Shown: positions 1 to 12,891, numbered from the stretch's first letter. The stretch is 64,000 nucleotides of DNA from Eledone cirrhosa (GCA_964016885.1 OZ024752.1:32860001-32924000), one strand, 5' to 3'. Notes: generated by a model not told the origin, from the letters alone. A program made the numbers and translations.

Positions 1-281
1 AAATATTTATATAACAAATATAACGTTTAATCTGGCAACAAGAATCTGTACAATTGTATCTAAATTTGAAAATTAAGATAAAAGACTTCAAGACTTAGAA
101 GTAACATTTGATAGTAAGGGATTAGTACGTATCAAGGCGATAGAGTTACTAAAGCATACGACACTTCAGATACTCGAAATACTTTATATACTTCACATGT
201 AACCATAGTCTCGTAACTTCTTAGGGAGTAGTAGTGGCGCCGCATTGACATACAGCGTTTCTATGACATGGTTTTAAAACC

Positions 282-541
282 TGGCAGAGCTTATCTCCTC
301 TCCAGGTCTGAATACAGCAGATTTCTTCCAGAGAAGGATAGAGAGTGAGAGAATGGAAGTGAGAAAGAGCTATAGAGGAAGAATCGACTCCAGTACTTGA
401 CTGGTACTTTTTTTTTTATTGACCTCGAATGAACGAAAGGCAAAGTTAAACTCAGTGGGATTTGAACTCAGAGAATAAGAGCCGAAAGGTATAATGCAAA
501 ACAGTCTAACCGACGTTCTAATGACTGCCAATTCGCTGCCT
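282..541 (-). mobile_element. Old, diverged tRNA-derived SINE with an alternative 3' tail
   Basis: Reverse complement of the B box (GGATTTGAAC) and central domain; the tail matches 47386-47700. Confidence 0.7.
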
Positions 542-621
542 ATTTGCTTCATATATCAATATAGAATCCACGAAATACAGAATCCTATAGCATTATCCAT
601 TACCATTATCCATTATTCATT

Positions 622-1212
622 GTGGATTGGCAGTATCGGTAGAGGGTCGGACACCATGCTTTGACGCATAGAGTTACGGTCTTTGCCATTCCATTCTGAG
701 TTCAAATCCCGCCGAGGTTAACTTTGCCTTTCATGCTTACGGGGTCGATAAAATAAAGTACCAGTAATGCACTGGTTAATTGCTGGCCTTGTGCCTAAAG
801 TAGAAACAATTATCCATTATTCATTGTGGATTGGCAGTATCGGTAGAGGGTCGGACGCCATGCTTTGACGCATAGAGTTACGGCCCTTGCCATTCTGAGT
901 TCAAATCCCTCCGAGGTTAACTTTGCCTTTCATCTTTACGAGGTCGATAAAATAAAGTACCAGTAATGCACTGGTTAATTGCTGGCCTTGTGCCTAAAGT
1001 AGAAACAATTATCCATTATTCATTGTGGATTGGCAGTATCGGTAGAGGGTCGGACGCCATGCTTTGACGCATAGAGTTACGGCCCTTGCCATTCTGAGTT
1101 CAAATCCCTCCGAGGTTAACTTTGCCTTTCATCTTTACGAGGTCGATAAAATAAAGTACCCGTAATACATTGAGGTAATTGCTGGCCTTGTGCCAAAAGT
1201 AGAAACAATTAT
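622..1212 (+). mobile_element. Three head-to-tail copies of the tRNA-derived SINE (about 200 bp each)
   Basis: A box TGGCAGTATCGG, B box GTTCAAATCC, central GCCTTTCATCCTTACGGGGTCGATAAAATAAAGTACCAG and tail AGTAGAAACAATTAT, each present three times. Confidence 0.9.
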
Positions 1213-1339
1213 TCATTATTCATTATTGAAGAAAGATCCAACAATGTAAAAGACACTCGAAGCTCACCAAATAATTATAAGTAAAAGACAATTAAAAAAA
1301 AACTGATTTAGGAAATCACTAATCAGCGCAAGTTCACTC

Positions 1340-1545
1340 GCTACCTCTGGTGTCCTTGGACCTAGAGCTACTTCCCTACTCACCACCATAGGTGCTGAGC
1401 TGGCGAGTCTCAGGTGTGAGCATCGCGAGATGGAATGGCTCTTCCAGCGCATCTCCCTTACCATCCTCCGGGGAAACGCCTCCTCTGTTCTATCCGCCGG
1501 GGATGTGGGGCGGCCAACTGGTGAGACCCCCTTTTGCTCATAATA
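1340..1545 (+). pseudogene. CRE-clade-like non-LTR retrotransposon 3' fragment (C-terminus of the restriction-like endonuclease)
   Basis: Manual translation TSGVLGPRATSLLTTIGAELASLRCEHREMEWLFQRISLTILRGNASSV resembles the QRxSxxxxRGNA motif of CRE elements. Confidence 0.65.
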
Positions 1546-1658
1546 GTTAATAGTGATAGATGGGGAAGGCGAGAGAGATGGAGGCGATGATAGTGGGAGT
1601 TCGACTCCTTTATTTGAACCTGGTGTACGTGTATGTGTATGGTTACCATTGGCAGTAG

Positions 1659-1920
1659 GACGGTGAATTGGCAGTATCGGTAGAGGGTCGGACGCCATGC
1701 TTTACATCAAAAGAGTTTCGGCCCTTTATGATCTGAGTTCAAATCCCGCCGAAGTTAACTTTGTCTTTCATCCTTACGGGGTCGATGAAATAAAGTACCA
1801 GTAATGTACTGGGTATTTGCTGGCCTTGTGCCAAAAGTAGAAACAATTATTATTATTATTATTTCCAATGAAGTACTCTGTATGTGAGTTTGAACTGAGC
1901 AGGGAAACAGTTAAAACATA

Positions 1921-1964
<44 letters not shown>

Positions 1965-1965
1965 T

Positions 1966-2017
<52 letters not shown>

Positions 2018-2200
2018 AGGAAATAATTGTTTCTACGTTAGGCACAAGGCCAGCAATTACCCAGTGTATTGCTGGTACTTTATTTTATCGACCCCGCAAG
2101 GATGAAAGGCAAAGTCAACCTCGGCGGGATTTGAACTCAGATCGTAAAGGGACGTAACTATGCTGGAAAGCATGGCGCCCGATCCTCTACCGATACTGCC
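1659..2200. mobile_element. Two SINE copies (1659-1850 +, 2025-2200 -) flanking a TA/CA microsatellite
   Basis: Same A/B boxes, central domain and tail as 622-1212. Confidence 0.85.
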
Positions 2201-2325
2201 AAAATAATATCCGTTTATGTAGGCTAATTCACGTGAGAGACCACATTATGCAATAAATCTTTCGACTTTCAACGGATTTTGCCTATTTTATTTCTTGTAC
2301 CCTATTCACTTTATATATATATATA

Positions 2326-2373
2326 CTCTTTTACTTGTTCCAGCCATCCAGCTGAGGCCATGCTGGGGCACCG
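2326..2373 (-). mobile_element. 3' tail of a second, octopus-type SINE
   Basis: CTCTTTTACTTGTTCCAGCCATCCAGCTGAGGCCATGCTGGGGCACCG resembles a tail I recall as abundant in Octopus genomes; not searched. Confidence 0.5.
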
Positions 2374-2500
2374 ATATGATATGATATATATATATATATA
2401 TGATATGATATATATGCCATGATATATATGCCATGCTGGGGCACCGATATGATATGATATATATATATATGATATGATATATATATATATATATATGATA

Positions 2501-2554
<54 letters not shown>

Positions 2555-2690
2555 CTATCTAAGGCGGGTAAATTCCCGAGATCCATGGACGAGTTCTCTC
2601 CAGCGGTCTCTGTCCCTCATTATCGCTGCCATATCCTGCATCTCCAACAGACCAGTGTCTGTCCTTAGGGCATCAACATATGTTAACATA
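2555..2690 (-). mobile_element. RTE-clade LINE 3' end in (TA)n
   Basis: [32 protein letters not shown], nearly identical to 36090-36222. Confidence 0.8.
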
Positions 2691-2691
2691 T

Positions 2692-2897
2692 ATAACGAAG
2701 GAAATGTGGTAAGGAACCAGGTGGACCATAACGCACCAAAGTACTCAATGCTTAGGGTAGTAGAGTGGGCAATAGGAACGAGTAGGACCCCGACGTCTGA
2801 GCTCAAGCCGTTTCGACGGCTAATTCTGGACGGCTAATTTTAGTCCAGAATTAGCCGTCGAAACGGCTTGAGCTCAGCCGTCGGGGTCCTACTCGTT

Positions 2898-2900
<3 letters not shown>
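2692..2900 (-). mobile_element. Family A fold-back Penelope pLTR fragment
   Basis: Inverted arms 2774-2831 and 2843-2900 carry the 3' half of a hammerhead; flanked by (TA)n; about 10 related copies in the window. Confidence 0.75.
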
Positions 2901-2940
<40 letters not shown>

Positions 2941-2945
2941 ATATA

Positions 2946-3313
2946 TAAGAACAAAAGATGGTTAAAAGAGTTCCATGTATTTTATTATGCGCATTTCAAA
3001 AACAAATATCATCATGCAATAATATTTGTGTTTTCATCAGATAAAATAGGAAGACATGATATGAAGGTTAAAAAACACTTGTGGATAGTGCAGTTTTAAA
3101 TCAACATATCATGTCTTCCTATTTTATCTGATGAAAACACAAATATTATTGCATGATGATATTTGTTTTTGAAATGCGCATAATAAAATACATGGAACTC
3201 TTTTAACCATCTTTTGTTCTTATATATTATGTATACTCCAGTCCTACAAACTGTAGAGTGCTTCTTATCCGATATCTGCATTGCTTTATTGTACTACAAT
3301 AAAACTCACCTCC

Positions 3314-3316
<3 letters not shown>
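2946..3316 (+). mobile_element. Family B fold-back pLTR element with hammerhead
   Basis: Inverted arms about 2946-3063 and 3105-3222; a hammerhead on each strand; (TA)n flanks. Confidence 0.75.
3120..3190 (+). ncRNA. Type I hammerhead ribozyme (mirror copy at 2978-3048 -)
   Basis: Stem I TATTTTAT/ATAAAATA, CTGATGA, long stem II, GAAA-T-GCGC-A-T-A (AUA cleavage triplet, palindromic loop). Confidence 0.85.
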
Positions 3317-3371
<55 letters not shown>

Positions 3372-4079
3372 TAATATGTATGTGTGTCATATTGAACCTA
3401 CGGGCGCGTTTAATCTGTTATATTAATGATTCTCATATTCTCACATCGCTTTATTATTCCGTTTATGTTCCGTTTTATAACAACAACCTCCCTAACAACA
3501 ACATCAATATTTCAAAATCTCATTTTCAGAATGAAGTGGTTATAGCAATGTTACCATTACTGCTTTCCTTTTCTAGTAGTAACAGAGATGAAGGTGCAAC
3601 TGATAAAATCACCCTCACGAGATATATAATAAATAAAGTGCTCACTCCAGTTTACTTTCATATTTTATTTCACGGGAGCTGTGTCTGCGTTGATTTGGGA
3701 GTTGTATATTGCTACTAATAAATCTTCTTAGCTAATTCATGTTTGTGAAATTTTCATCGGATATTAATACTTTCATCTAATAGTTTTTTTTTTTTAAAAA
3801 TCTAATTTTGTTTCGTATTATGTGTTACAATGCGATGAAATAACTTTTTGTTGTAAATTCATGGTAAAACATTGAGAAAGGAATATGGTTGAGTGTGCGA
3901 TAAGTCATGGAGTTTACAACTTCTATGTTTATATCGAAGAAATCTATATATTTCTGCAGGGAGAATTGAAATAAGAATGTAAAATACGTATTCCCCAAAC
4001 ATGTCAGGAAAATTAAAATTGTTACTGCCTAATACTTCTCCGAATTGAGAGATCACAGCTCCTCCGATACTATGGACAT

Positions 4080-4490
4080 GTGGTTAGAATGTCTGAGGAA
4101 TGAACCGCTGGACAGATTTTACGGACAAAACCAACCGGCATGAGACCTAGGCGTAGACTCCGAGCAAGATAGTTGGGTAACATCCATGAGCTTAGTTAGT
4201 CTCGCTTGGGGATCCAGCCGGATCAATTAGAAGCGGTTGCTACTGACAGGACCCGCTGGTAGGAGTGTTCGAGGATTCTTCCCCCCGCGACCTTTTCAGG
4301 AATAAGTGAGCGAGGAAAAAGAAGACTTCCTAATACCATGTTTCTTTTCCTCACTTCTTATTTCTTTATCGGAAAGACGGCGGCCGCTGGTGAAGGAGTC
4401 CCGTGAGGTGGGGTGGCTGTTGCAGCGGGTATCTCTGGCCATTTTCCACAGTATTGCCTTTGGGGCAGCGAACAGACTGGGATGCAGTGA
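4080..4490 (+). pseudogene. Decayed RTE-like 3' end followed by a CRE-like endonuclease fragment
   Basis: VATDRTRW-like motif near 4235-4260, then ESREVGWLLQRVSLAI at about 4395-4445. Confidence 0.5.
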
Positions 4491-6840
4491 CTGTCTCTCC
4501 CTCCACCTATCTCTTTCTTTCATTGTTTAATCCTTTTCTCTTTTTCTTCTTTTTATTTCCTTTCTTTCTCTTCCCTTTTTCTGCCCCCCTTTTTAGCTTA
4601 CATCTCATCACACCTCATTTCTACCCTTTTATAGTTTCTCTCTCACAATTTATTTGTTAGTTAGTGTTTTACAGCTCCACACAGTAAAAAACTCCATTAA
4701 CAATGATTTAACTACGTTAACTGGAAGTGATATAGTCCCAACGAAACTCTGTATCAATTATCTTACACTCAGGTCTGATTGGAAGAACCTCGTGTCTCGC
4801 TTTCTCATTTTATTTCATCTTATTACGGTAACTTTAGTAATTGAATTCCAGACTTCATTGTAGAGGGTCGGACATGCTTTCCAGCATAGTTACGTCCCTT
4901 TATGATCTAAGTTCAAATCCGGCCGAGGTTAACTTTGCCTTTCATCCTTACGGCGTCGATAAAATAAAGTACCAGTAATGTACTGGGTAATTGCTGGCCT
5001 TGTGCCTAAAGTAGAAACAATTATATAGATTGTTAACAGTATCGGTGGTACGTCGGACACCATGCTTTGCAGCATAGTTACGTCCCTTTATGATCTGAGT
5101 TCAAATCCCGCCGAGGTTGACTTTGCCTTTCATCCTTACGGGGTCGATAAAATAAAGTACCAGTAATGCACTGGATAATTACTGGCCTTGTGCCTAAAGT
5201 AGAAACAATTATTTTTATTAATAGGGCGGTGGATTGGCAGTATCGGTAGAGGGTCGGACGCCATGCTTTCCAGCATAGTTACGTCCCTTTACGATCTGAG
5301 TTCAAATCCCGCCGAGGTTAACTTTGCCTTTCATCCTTACGGGGTCGATAAAATAAAGTACCAGTAATGCACTGGGTATTTGCTGGCCTTGTGCCTAAAG
5401 TAGAAACAATTACTATTAGTCGTTCAAATGTTATATTAACTGTAAATCAAATTTCCATATCAATTCGTGTTGGTTGTTACGGAATTATACATGACTAGTC
5501 ACCTACCTAATACGATTTATTTGTGTGCAATTAGCACGTGTTGGTGAATGATATTTCGTTAAATGACCTGACGTTATCTGAATATTTCAATGAGAGACAA
5601 TACTTTGATAAATTGAAAGTTCTTTTTTAACAAGTTTTATAAATTCTTTGAAAATATGGATGTCTTCTTTAGAAGAATTTGAATGAAAACTTTAACAACT
5701 TAATACTAAAAGTGATATACTATGACTGTCTTTCCCCCCACCTATCTCTTTCTTTCACTGTGTAATCCTTTTCTCTTTTTCTTCTTTTTATTTCCTTTCT
5801 TTCTCTTCCCTTTTTCTTCCCCCTTTTTAGCTTACATCTCATCACACCCCATTTCTACCCTTTTATAGTTTCTCTCTCACATTTTATTTGTTAGTTAGTG
5901 TTTTACAGCTCCACACAGTAAAAAAACTCCATTAACAATGATTTAACTACGTTAACTGAAAGTGATATAGTCCCAACGAAACTCTGTATCAATTATCTTA
6001 CACTCAGGTCTGATTGGAAGAACCTCGTGTCTCGCTTTCTCATTTTATTTCATCTTATTACGGTAACTTTAGTAATTGAATTCCAGACTTCATTATTATT
6101 AGTCGTATTGGTGGATTGGCAGTATCGGTAGAGGGTCGGACGCCATGCTTTCCAGCATAGTTACGTCCCTTTATGATCTAAGTTCAAATCCGGCCGAGGT
6201 TAACTTTGCCTTTCATCCTTACGGGGTCGATAAAATAAAGTACCAGTAATGCACTGGGTATTTGCTGGCCTTGTGCCTAAAGTAGAAACAATTACTATTA
6301 GTCGTTCAAATGTTATATTAACTGTAAATCAAATTTCCATATCAATTCGTGTTGGTTGTTACGGAATTATACATGACTAGTCACCTACCTAATACGATTT
6401 ATTTTTGTGCAATAAGCAGGAGTTGGTGAATGATATTTCGTTAAATGACCTGAAGTTATCTGAATATTTCAGTGAGAGACAATACTTTGATAAATTGAAA
6501 GTTCTTTTTTAACAAGTTTTATAAATTCTTTGAAAATGTGGATGTCTTCTTTAGAAGAATTTGAATGAAAACTTTAACAACTTAATACTAAAAGTGATAT
6601 ACTATGACTGTCTCTTCCTCCACCTATCTCTTTCTTTCATTGTTTAATCCTTTTCTCTTTTTCTTCTTTTTATTTCCTTTCTTTCTCTTCCCTTTTTCTT
6701 CCCCCTTTTTAGCTTACATCTCATCACACCTCATTTCTACCCTTTTATAGTTTCTCTCTCACATTTTATTTGTTAGTTAGTGTTTTACAGCTCCACACAG
6801 TAAAAAAACTCCATTAACAATGATTTAACTACGTTAACTT
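4489..6840 (+). repeat. Local tandem duplication (about 2.3 units of X+SINE+Y, about 880 bp; the first unit has extra SINEs)
   Basis: The unit start GACTGTCT..CCACCTATCTCTTTCTTT recurs at about 4489, 5724 and 6606. Confidence 0.85.
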
Positions 6841-7411
6841 CCATATGTTGTGGCAAAACTCTGATAATATCATTAGCTATAAGCAATTATTATTGGATTA
6901 TTAACAACTGGGCGGTGGATTGGCAGTATCGGTAGAGGGTCGGACGCCATGCTTTCCAGCATAGTTACGTTCCTTTACGATCTGAGTTCAAATCCCGCCG
7001 AGGTTGACTTTGCCTTTCATCTTTACGGGGTCGATAAAATAAAGTACCAGTAATGCACTGGAAAATTGCTGGCCTTGTGCCTAAAGTAGAAACAATTATT
7101 GGATTATTAACAGTAATCGCGAGAACGTCGGACAACATACTTGTGGCATATGGTTACGGCCCTCTACGTTCTGAGTTCAAATCCTGCCGAGGTTAGCTTT
7201 GCCTTTCATCCTTACGGCACGATAAAATGTACCAGTAACGCACTGGGGTCGATTTAATCGACTTTCTCCTCCCCCAAAATTGTTGGCCTTGTGCTTAAAT
7301 CAGAAACCAACTTTGCCTTTCACCCTTACGGGGTCGATAAAATAAAGTACCAGTAATACACTGGGTTAATTGCTGGCCTTCTGCCAAAAGTAGAAACAAT
7401 TATTATTATTA

Positions 7412-7449
7412 CTAGCAGAAAAACTACCCTTCGGGTGGTTTTCTGCTAG
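7412..7449 (-). mobile_element. Helitron-like 3' terminal hairpin with CTAG
   Basis: CTAGCAGAAAAACTACCC-TTC-GGGTGGTTTTCTGCTAG; starts A|CTAGCAG like the other Helitron ends. Confidence 0.45.
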
Positions 7450-7756
7450 CCTGTATAGTGTGTATATTGATATTATACGCAAATATACATACATGTAGAT
7501 ATGATACATCAAATAAAATCGTAATTGACAATATACACAGAAATTGAATGAAGACTGCGTTACACTGTCTTATGTAATCAGTAACGTAATCCATGATACA
7601 TTTAAAAAAGACGATATTATATATAAACTGCATTAGGAGAAAATTAGTGACAGAAATATATGAATGCTTATTTAAGCGATCGCTAACCGGAAGTGTTGAA
7701 ATTTGAAAATTTTAAAGAAGTGAATCTTAAAATAAGCAACAAAATTATTTATATTT

Positions 7757-7870
7757 AATCAAGAATAACGAAATTTAGTTGATAAATTATGTAATATTCA
7801 TTCATTATTTATTCAAAGTAATGAATGAATATTACATAATTTATCAACTAAATTCCGTTATTCTTGATTG
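7757..7870. repeat. About 50-bp-arm inverted repeat
   Basis: AATCAAGAATAACG...TTCATTCATTA and its reverse complement. Confidence 0.8.
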
Positions 7871-8869
7871 GCAGTATCGGTAGAGGGTCGGACGCCATGC
7901 TTTCCAGCCTAGTTACGTCTCTTTACGATCTGAGTTCAAATCCCGCCGAGGTTGACTTTGCCTTTCATCCTTACGGGGTCGATAAAATAAAGTACCAGTA
8001 ATGCACTGGGAAATTGCTGGCCTTGTGCCTAAAGTAGAAACAATTATATAGATTGTTAACAGTATCGGTGGTACGTCGGACACCATGCTTTGCAGCATAG
8101 TTACGGCCATTTACGATCTGAGTTCAAATCCCGCCGAGGTGATCTTTGCCTTTTATCCTTACGGGGGTCGATAAAATAAAGTACCAGTAATGTACTGGCA
8201 TAGATTTAATGGCCCCTCCCTCCAAATTGTTGGCCTTGCGCCCTTATAAGAAACAATTATTATTAACAGTATCGGTAAAACTTCGGACATACTTGCGGCA
8301 CATAGCTACGGCCCTTTACGTTCTGAGTTCAAATCCTGCCGAGGTTATCTATTCCTTTCATCTTTACGAGGTCGATAAAATAAAGCACCAGTAATTCAGT
8401 GGGGTCGATTTAATCGACTTTCCCCTCCCTCCCCCCAAATTACTGACTTTGTGCCTATACTAGAAATCTTTAATAACAGTATCGGCGGTAAAACGTCGGA
8501 CAACATATTTGCGGCATATAGTTACGGCCCTTTACGTTCTTAGTTCAAATCCCGCCTAGGTTTAGCTTTGCTTTTCATCATTACGGGGTCGATAAAATAA
8601 AGTACCAGTAATGTACTGGGGTAGATTTAATCACCCCCCCCCACCAAATTGTACCTAAATCAGAAACAATTATTTATGATTAAGCTTTATAGAGATATTT
8701 CTGTAAATAAAAATTGATTCACATTTTTTTCAGGTATTTTTTTTTAATGGTTTAAAATGTGTTTTTAAGTTTTTATTTTTGTTCAGTTTATTTTTGTTAC
8801 TGTTTTTCTAACAGAAAAAAAATTGTCAAATTTACTGAAACTCTCATGCGTCGTTCTACACACTTTCCA

Positions 8870-9060
8870 TGTCGTATCGTAAAGTATCGGTTGCTCTCTG
8901 ATAGGCTTGTGAAGGAGGTTGTGGCAGTGGAAACCTCCGGCGTGCTTGTCACCCCGGACCACATGCCTACACACTGCTATCGAAGCGGTGTTGGCTACCC
9001 GCAAGTGCGAGTGAGCCCCCATGAGGGGGCAGTGGCTGTTCCAGCGCGTCTCCTTCTCCA
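8870..9060 (+). pseudogene. CRE-like endonuclease C-terminal fragment
   Basis: KYRLLSDR..VAVETSGVL..WLFQRVSF; homologous to 1340-1545. Confidence 0.6.
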
Positions 9061-9850
9061 CTCCCCACCCCCGAGCAATATCCATTCTGTCCACCTTGAC
9101 CACTAGGTGGAGTGGCTGTTCCAGCGCGTCTCCTTCTCCACCCCCCCCTCCTGAGCAATATCCATTCTGTCCACCTTGACCACTAGGTGGAGTGGCTGTT
9201 CCAGCGCGTCTCCTTCACCATCCTCCGGGGTATTATCATTCTGTCCACCTTGACCACTAGGTGGAGTGGCTGCTCCAGCGCGTCTCCTTCACCATCCTCC
9301 TGAGCAATACCCATTCTCTCCACCTTGACCACTAGGTGGAGTGGCTGTTCCCGCGCGTCTCCTTCACCATCCTCCTGAGCAATACCCATTCTCTCCACCT
9401 TGACCACTAGGTGGAGTGGCTGTTCCCGCGCGTCTCCTTCACCATCCTCCTGAGCAATACCCATTCTCTCCACCTTGACCACTAGGTGGAGTGGCTGTTC
9501 CCGCGCGTCTCCTTCACCATCCTCCTGAGCAATACCCATTCTCTCCACCTTGACCACTAGGTGGAGTGGCTGTTCCCGCGCGTCTCCTTCACCATCCTCC
9601 TGAGCAATACCCATTCTCTCCACCTTGACCACTAGGTGGAGTGGCTGTTCCCGCGCGTCTCCTTCACCATCCTCCTGAGCAATACCCATTCTCTCCACCT
9701 TGACCACTAGGTGGAGTGGCTGTTCCCGCGCGTCTCCTTCACCATCCTCCTAAGCAATACCCATTCTCTCCACCATGACCACTAGGTGGAGTGGCTGTTC
9801 CCGCGCGTCTCCTTCACCATCCCCCGGGGTGATATCCATTCTGTTCACCA
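9028..9850 (+). repeat. 75-bp minisatellite, 11 units
   Basis: GTGGAGTGGCTGTTCCCGCGCGTCTCCTTCACCATCCTCCTGAGCAATACCCATTCTCTCCACCTTGACCACTAG; the first units are 80, 80 and 74 bp. Confidence 0.95.
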
Positions 9851-10810
9851 GGACGACGAGGAAGACTGATTATTAAGTTTCATTTATGGCGATGGCGTGT
9901 GGAATAAAGTTATGTGTAGAATGTTGTCGAATAACCTAGACGTATAAGCTGTCTAGAGTATCATTTTGCGTATGTTGTATATGATAACACAAAAGACTAC
10001 ATACAAAAATACTACATAGCAACAATATATAATTTCTAGTATTAAATTGTCAAATCAGACATTGAAATTTTTCTTAAGAAAACGTCTCGACATCTGAATT
10101 ACTCAAATAACTTGTAAAGTTTGTTATAATCATCTTTCATTTTATCAAAGTATTTATCTCAAACACAGAAGTATTCAGATAACTTCAGGTCATTGGACAA
10201 AATATTTTTCATCAAACACCTGCTTATTTCACAAGGGATAAATCGTATTAGAAATGTGACTAGTCATGTTTAATACCTCAACAACCAACAAAGAATTCAC
10301 ACCGAAATTTGATTTACAGTTATTCTAACATTTCAAAGACCAACAATAGAGTCTATAGAATTCAATTATTCAATTTACTGTATTAAGATAAAATATAAGA
10401 GACAGAAAAGAAAGTGAAAACGTGAGACAGTCTTTATCAGGCCAAGGTTCTCAATAATTGAGATTGGATTCTGCTGGGACTGTAATGATTTCTGGTAACT
10501 TAGTTAAGTTGGTGGTACCATATTTAATGCTCGGATGAATAAAACGCTAACGAGGAAATAAATAAACAGTCAGGTGAAGAAAGATAAATGATATAAGTCA
10601 GCGGGAATATGATATACCCTTTTCTCTTCCCAAGTGACATTACATGTGTGTGAATGTATGTGTGTGTGTGTGTCTGTGTGTGTCAGTGCCTAGATGTAGT
10701 TAACCTCGGCGGGATTTGAACTCAGAATGACAAGGGCCGTAACTCTATGCGTCAAAGCATGGCGTCCGACCCTCTACCGATACTGCCAATCCACCGCCCT
10801 TACAATGATG

Positions 10811-10859
<49 letters not shown>

Positions 10860-10876
10860 TAATAATAATAATAATA

Positions 10877-12872
10877 GATTATAAAAAAGCATTTGATAGT
10901 TTGCCACACAGTTGGATTGAAAAATGTTTAGAGATTTTCAAAATATCCCCCGTTGTCAGGAGGTTTTTGTCATTCAGTATGAGGACATGGAGAACGACAC
11001 TCCTTTTGAATAGTGAAACAAAATCACTGGAAGCTGGAGAAGTTAACATTAATTGTGGAATTTTTCAGGGTGACTCTTTATCACCGCTTTTATTCTGCAT
11101 CGCACTTATACCATTAAGTAAAATGCTCAATGAAACAAAACATGGATATAGAGTCTATGACAAAACCATTAATCACCTGTTCTACATGGATGACCTGAAA
11201 CTATTCGCAAAAAATGATGAACAATTGCAAGGGCTATTATCCACTGTGAAGCAGTTCAGTGATGACATTAAAATGGAGTTTGGACTGGATAAATGCGCCA
11301 AAGCAACGTTCACCAGAGGAAAGCTGCTGAAGAGTTCAGACATTAATCTTGATCGGGGGAACGTGATAAGAGAGCTTGATCAAGAACAAACTTACAAATA
11401 TCTAGGTGTTTGTGAAGGAGACGGAATCAAGCACTCGACAATGAGGGAAAGGATAAGGAAGGAATGTTACCGCAGAGTCAGAGCAATCTTAAGAACGGAA
11501 TTGAATGCAAGGAATAGGATCGATGCCATAAACACGCTTGCCATACCAGTAGTAACCTACAGTTACAATGTCATCAACTGGTCAAGCACAGAGATCCGTA
11601 GGCTCGATACAAAAATCCGAAAATTCTTAACCATGCACAGAATGCATCACCCTAAGGCAGACATAGATAGAATATATCTCCCTAGGAAAGAAGGAGGACG
11701 TGGGTTAATCCAGTTAGACATTGCGTTGAAAACTGCAACAATTCGATTATCCACATATCTAAGGGAATCACATGATTGGATGATCAAACTCGTTTTGAAA
11801 CACGAAAGCACCAAAAGATCATATTCCATTACAAAAGATGCACAAAGATACAGTAATGGACTACAAATTTCAGAAGTCCCATTTACTGCTGAAATGGAAA
11901 ACACAGAAAAAGCAAAGCAGGTAAAAGTAACTGCAAAGAAAGAACTGCTACAGAAACTGGCTAAGAAATGGCAAGAAAAGCCTCTGTATGGAAAATACCC
12001 AGAGCGAGCTAACAATCCTGATGTTGACAAAACTTTAACCCATCAGTGGTTGGCATCCTCTGGACTGAAATCGGAGACTGAAGGACTGATTATATCGGCA
12101 CAAGATCAGTGTCTGCCAACAAAAAATTACCAAGCCAACATAATAAAAAATGGGTGCAGCCCATTATGCCGTGTATGCAAAAAACAACCAGAGACCATTG
12201 ACCATATAATTTCAATGTGCAGTCCTATAGCTCCAACCGAATACCTAAACAGGCATGACAGAGCTGCACAATACATACATTGGATAATGTGTAAGCATTT
12301 TGACCTGCCCCATCAAAAGAATTGGTGGGAGCATCAACCACCTCCCATACTTGAAAAAGATCACATCTCAATCTTGTGGAACTTTAGCATCCAAACAGAC
12401 CGAAAAATAGATGCAAATAGACCTGATATAATATTGAAGGACTTTCAAAGGAGGGTATGCCTGCTAATTGATATGTCTGTTCCAATAGACAAGAATGTAT
12501 CTATAAAAACATTTGAAAAATTGAGCAAGTATAAGGACCTGGAGATAGAAATTGGAAAAATGTGGAAATTGAGAACTAAAACAATACCAGTGGTTGTAGG
12601 CGCTCTGGGAATGATACCTAAGGGGTCTAACGACTACTTATCGCAAATCCCAGGAAACCCGCGTATAGGAGAAATACAAAAGATAGTACTAATGGGAACT
12701 GCCCATATACTAAGGAAGATCCTGTCAATATAAGTACATCACAAGTCTAAACACTAAGGATGCATGTGTGAATATGTGTGTTCTTTCTTGAACATGGCGG
12801 ACCTTGTTGTCTCTTGAGGTCACTGGTTGTGACTTGGTGATAACTCGTATAAACATAAAGCAAGATAAATGC
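10877..12872 (+). mobile_element. 5'-truncated R4/Dong-like non-LTR retrotransposon (RT, CCHC zinc knuckle, restriction-like endonuclease) in (TAA)n; open frame 10877-12733
   Basis: DYKKAFDS, GIFQGDSLSPLLF, YMDDLK, CRVC..H..C, RHD, RPDI, KYKDL; (AAT)n on both sides. Confidence 0.92.
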
Positions 12873-12891
12873 AAATAATAATAATAATAAT

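Larger units (their letters stand above)
6911..8672 (+). mobile_element. Cluster of about 7 head-to-tail SINE copies from two subfamilies
   Basis: Repeated B box and central domain; one subfamily has an extra GGGGTCGATTTAATCGAC segment. Confidence 0.85.

Noticed and set aside
2692-3316. Fold-backs as MITEs or miRNA precursors
   Set aside because: The arms are asymmetric with variable breakpoints and carry hammerhead and pLTR motifs, which fits Penelope ends better; small-RNA production is not excluded.
5225-5315. tRNA genes
   Set aside because: The A and B boxes are SINE heads with no canonical anticodon arm, and they continue into SINE body sequence.
9028-9850. CRISPR-like array
   Set aside because: Whole units are repeated with no unique spacers, there are no cas genes, and the context is eukaryotic.
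10727-10876. N-terminus of the 668-aa ORF
   Set aside because: It is made of an antisense SINE head plus (AAT)n; true RT homology begins at 10877.
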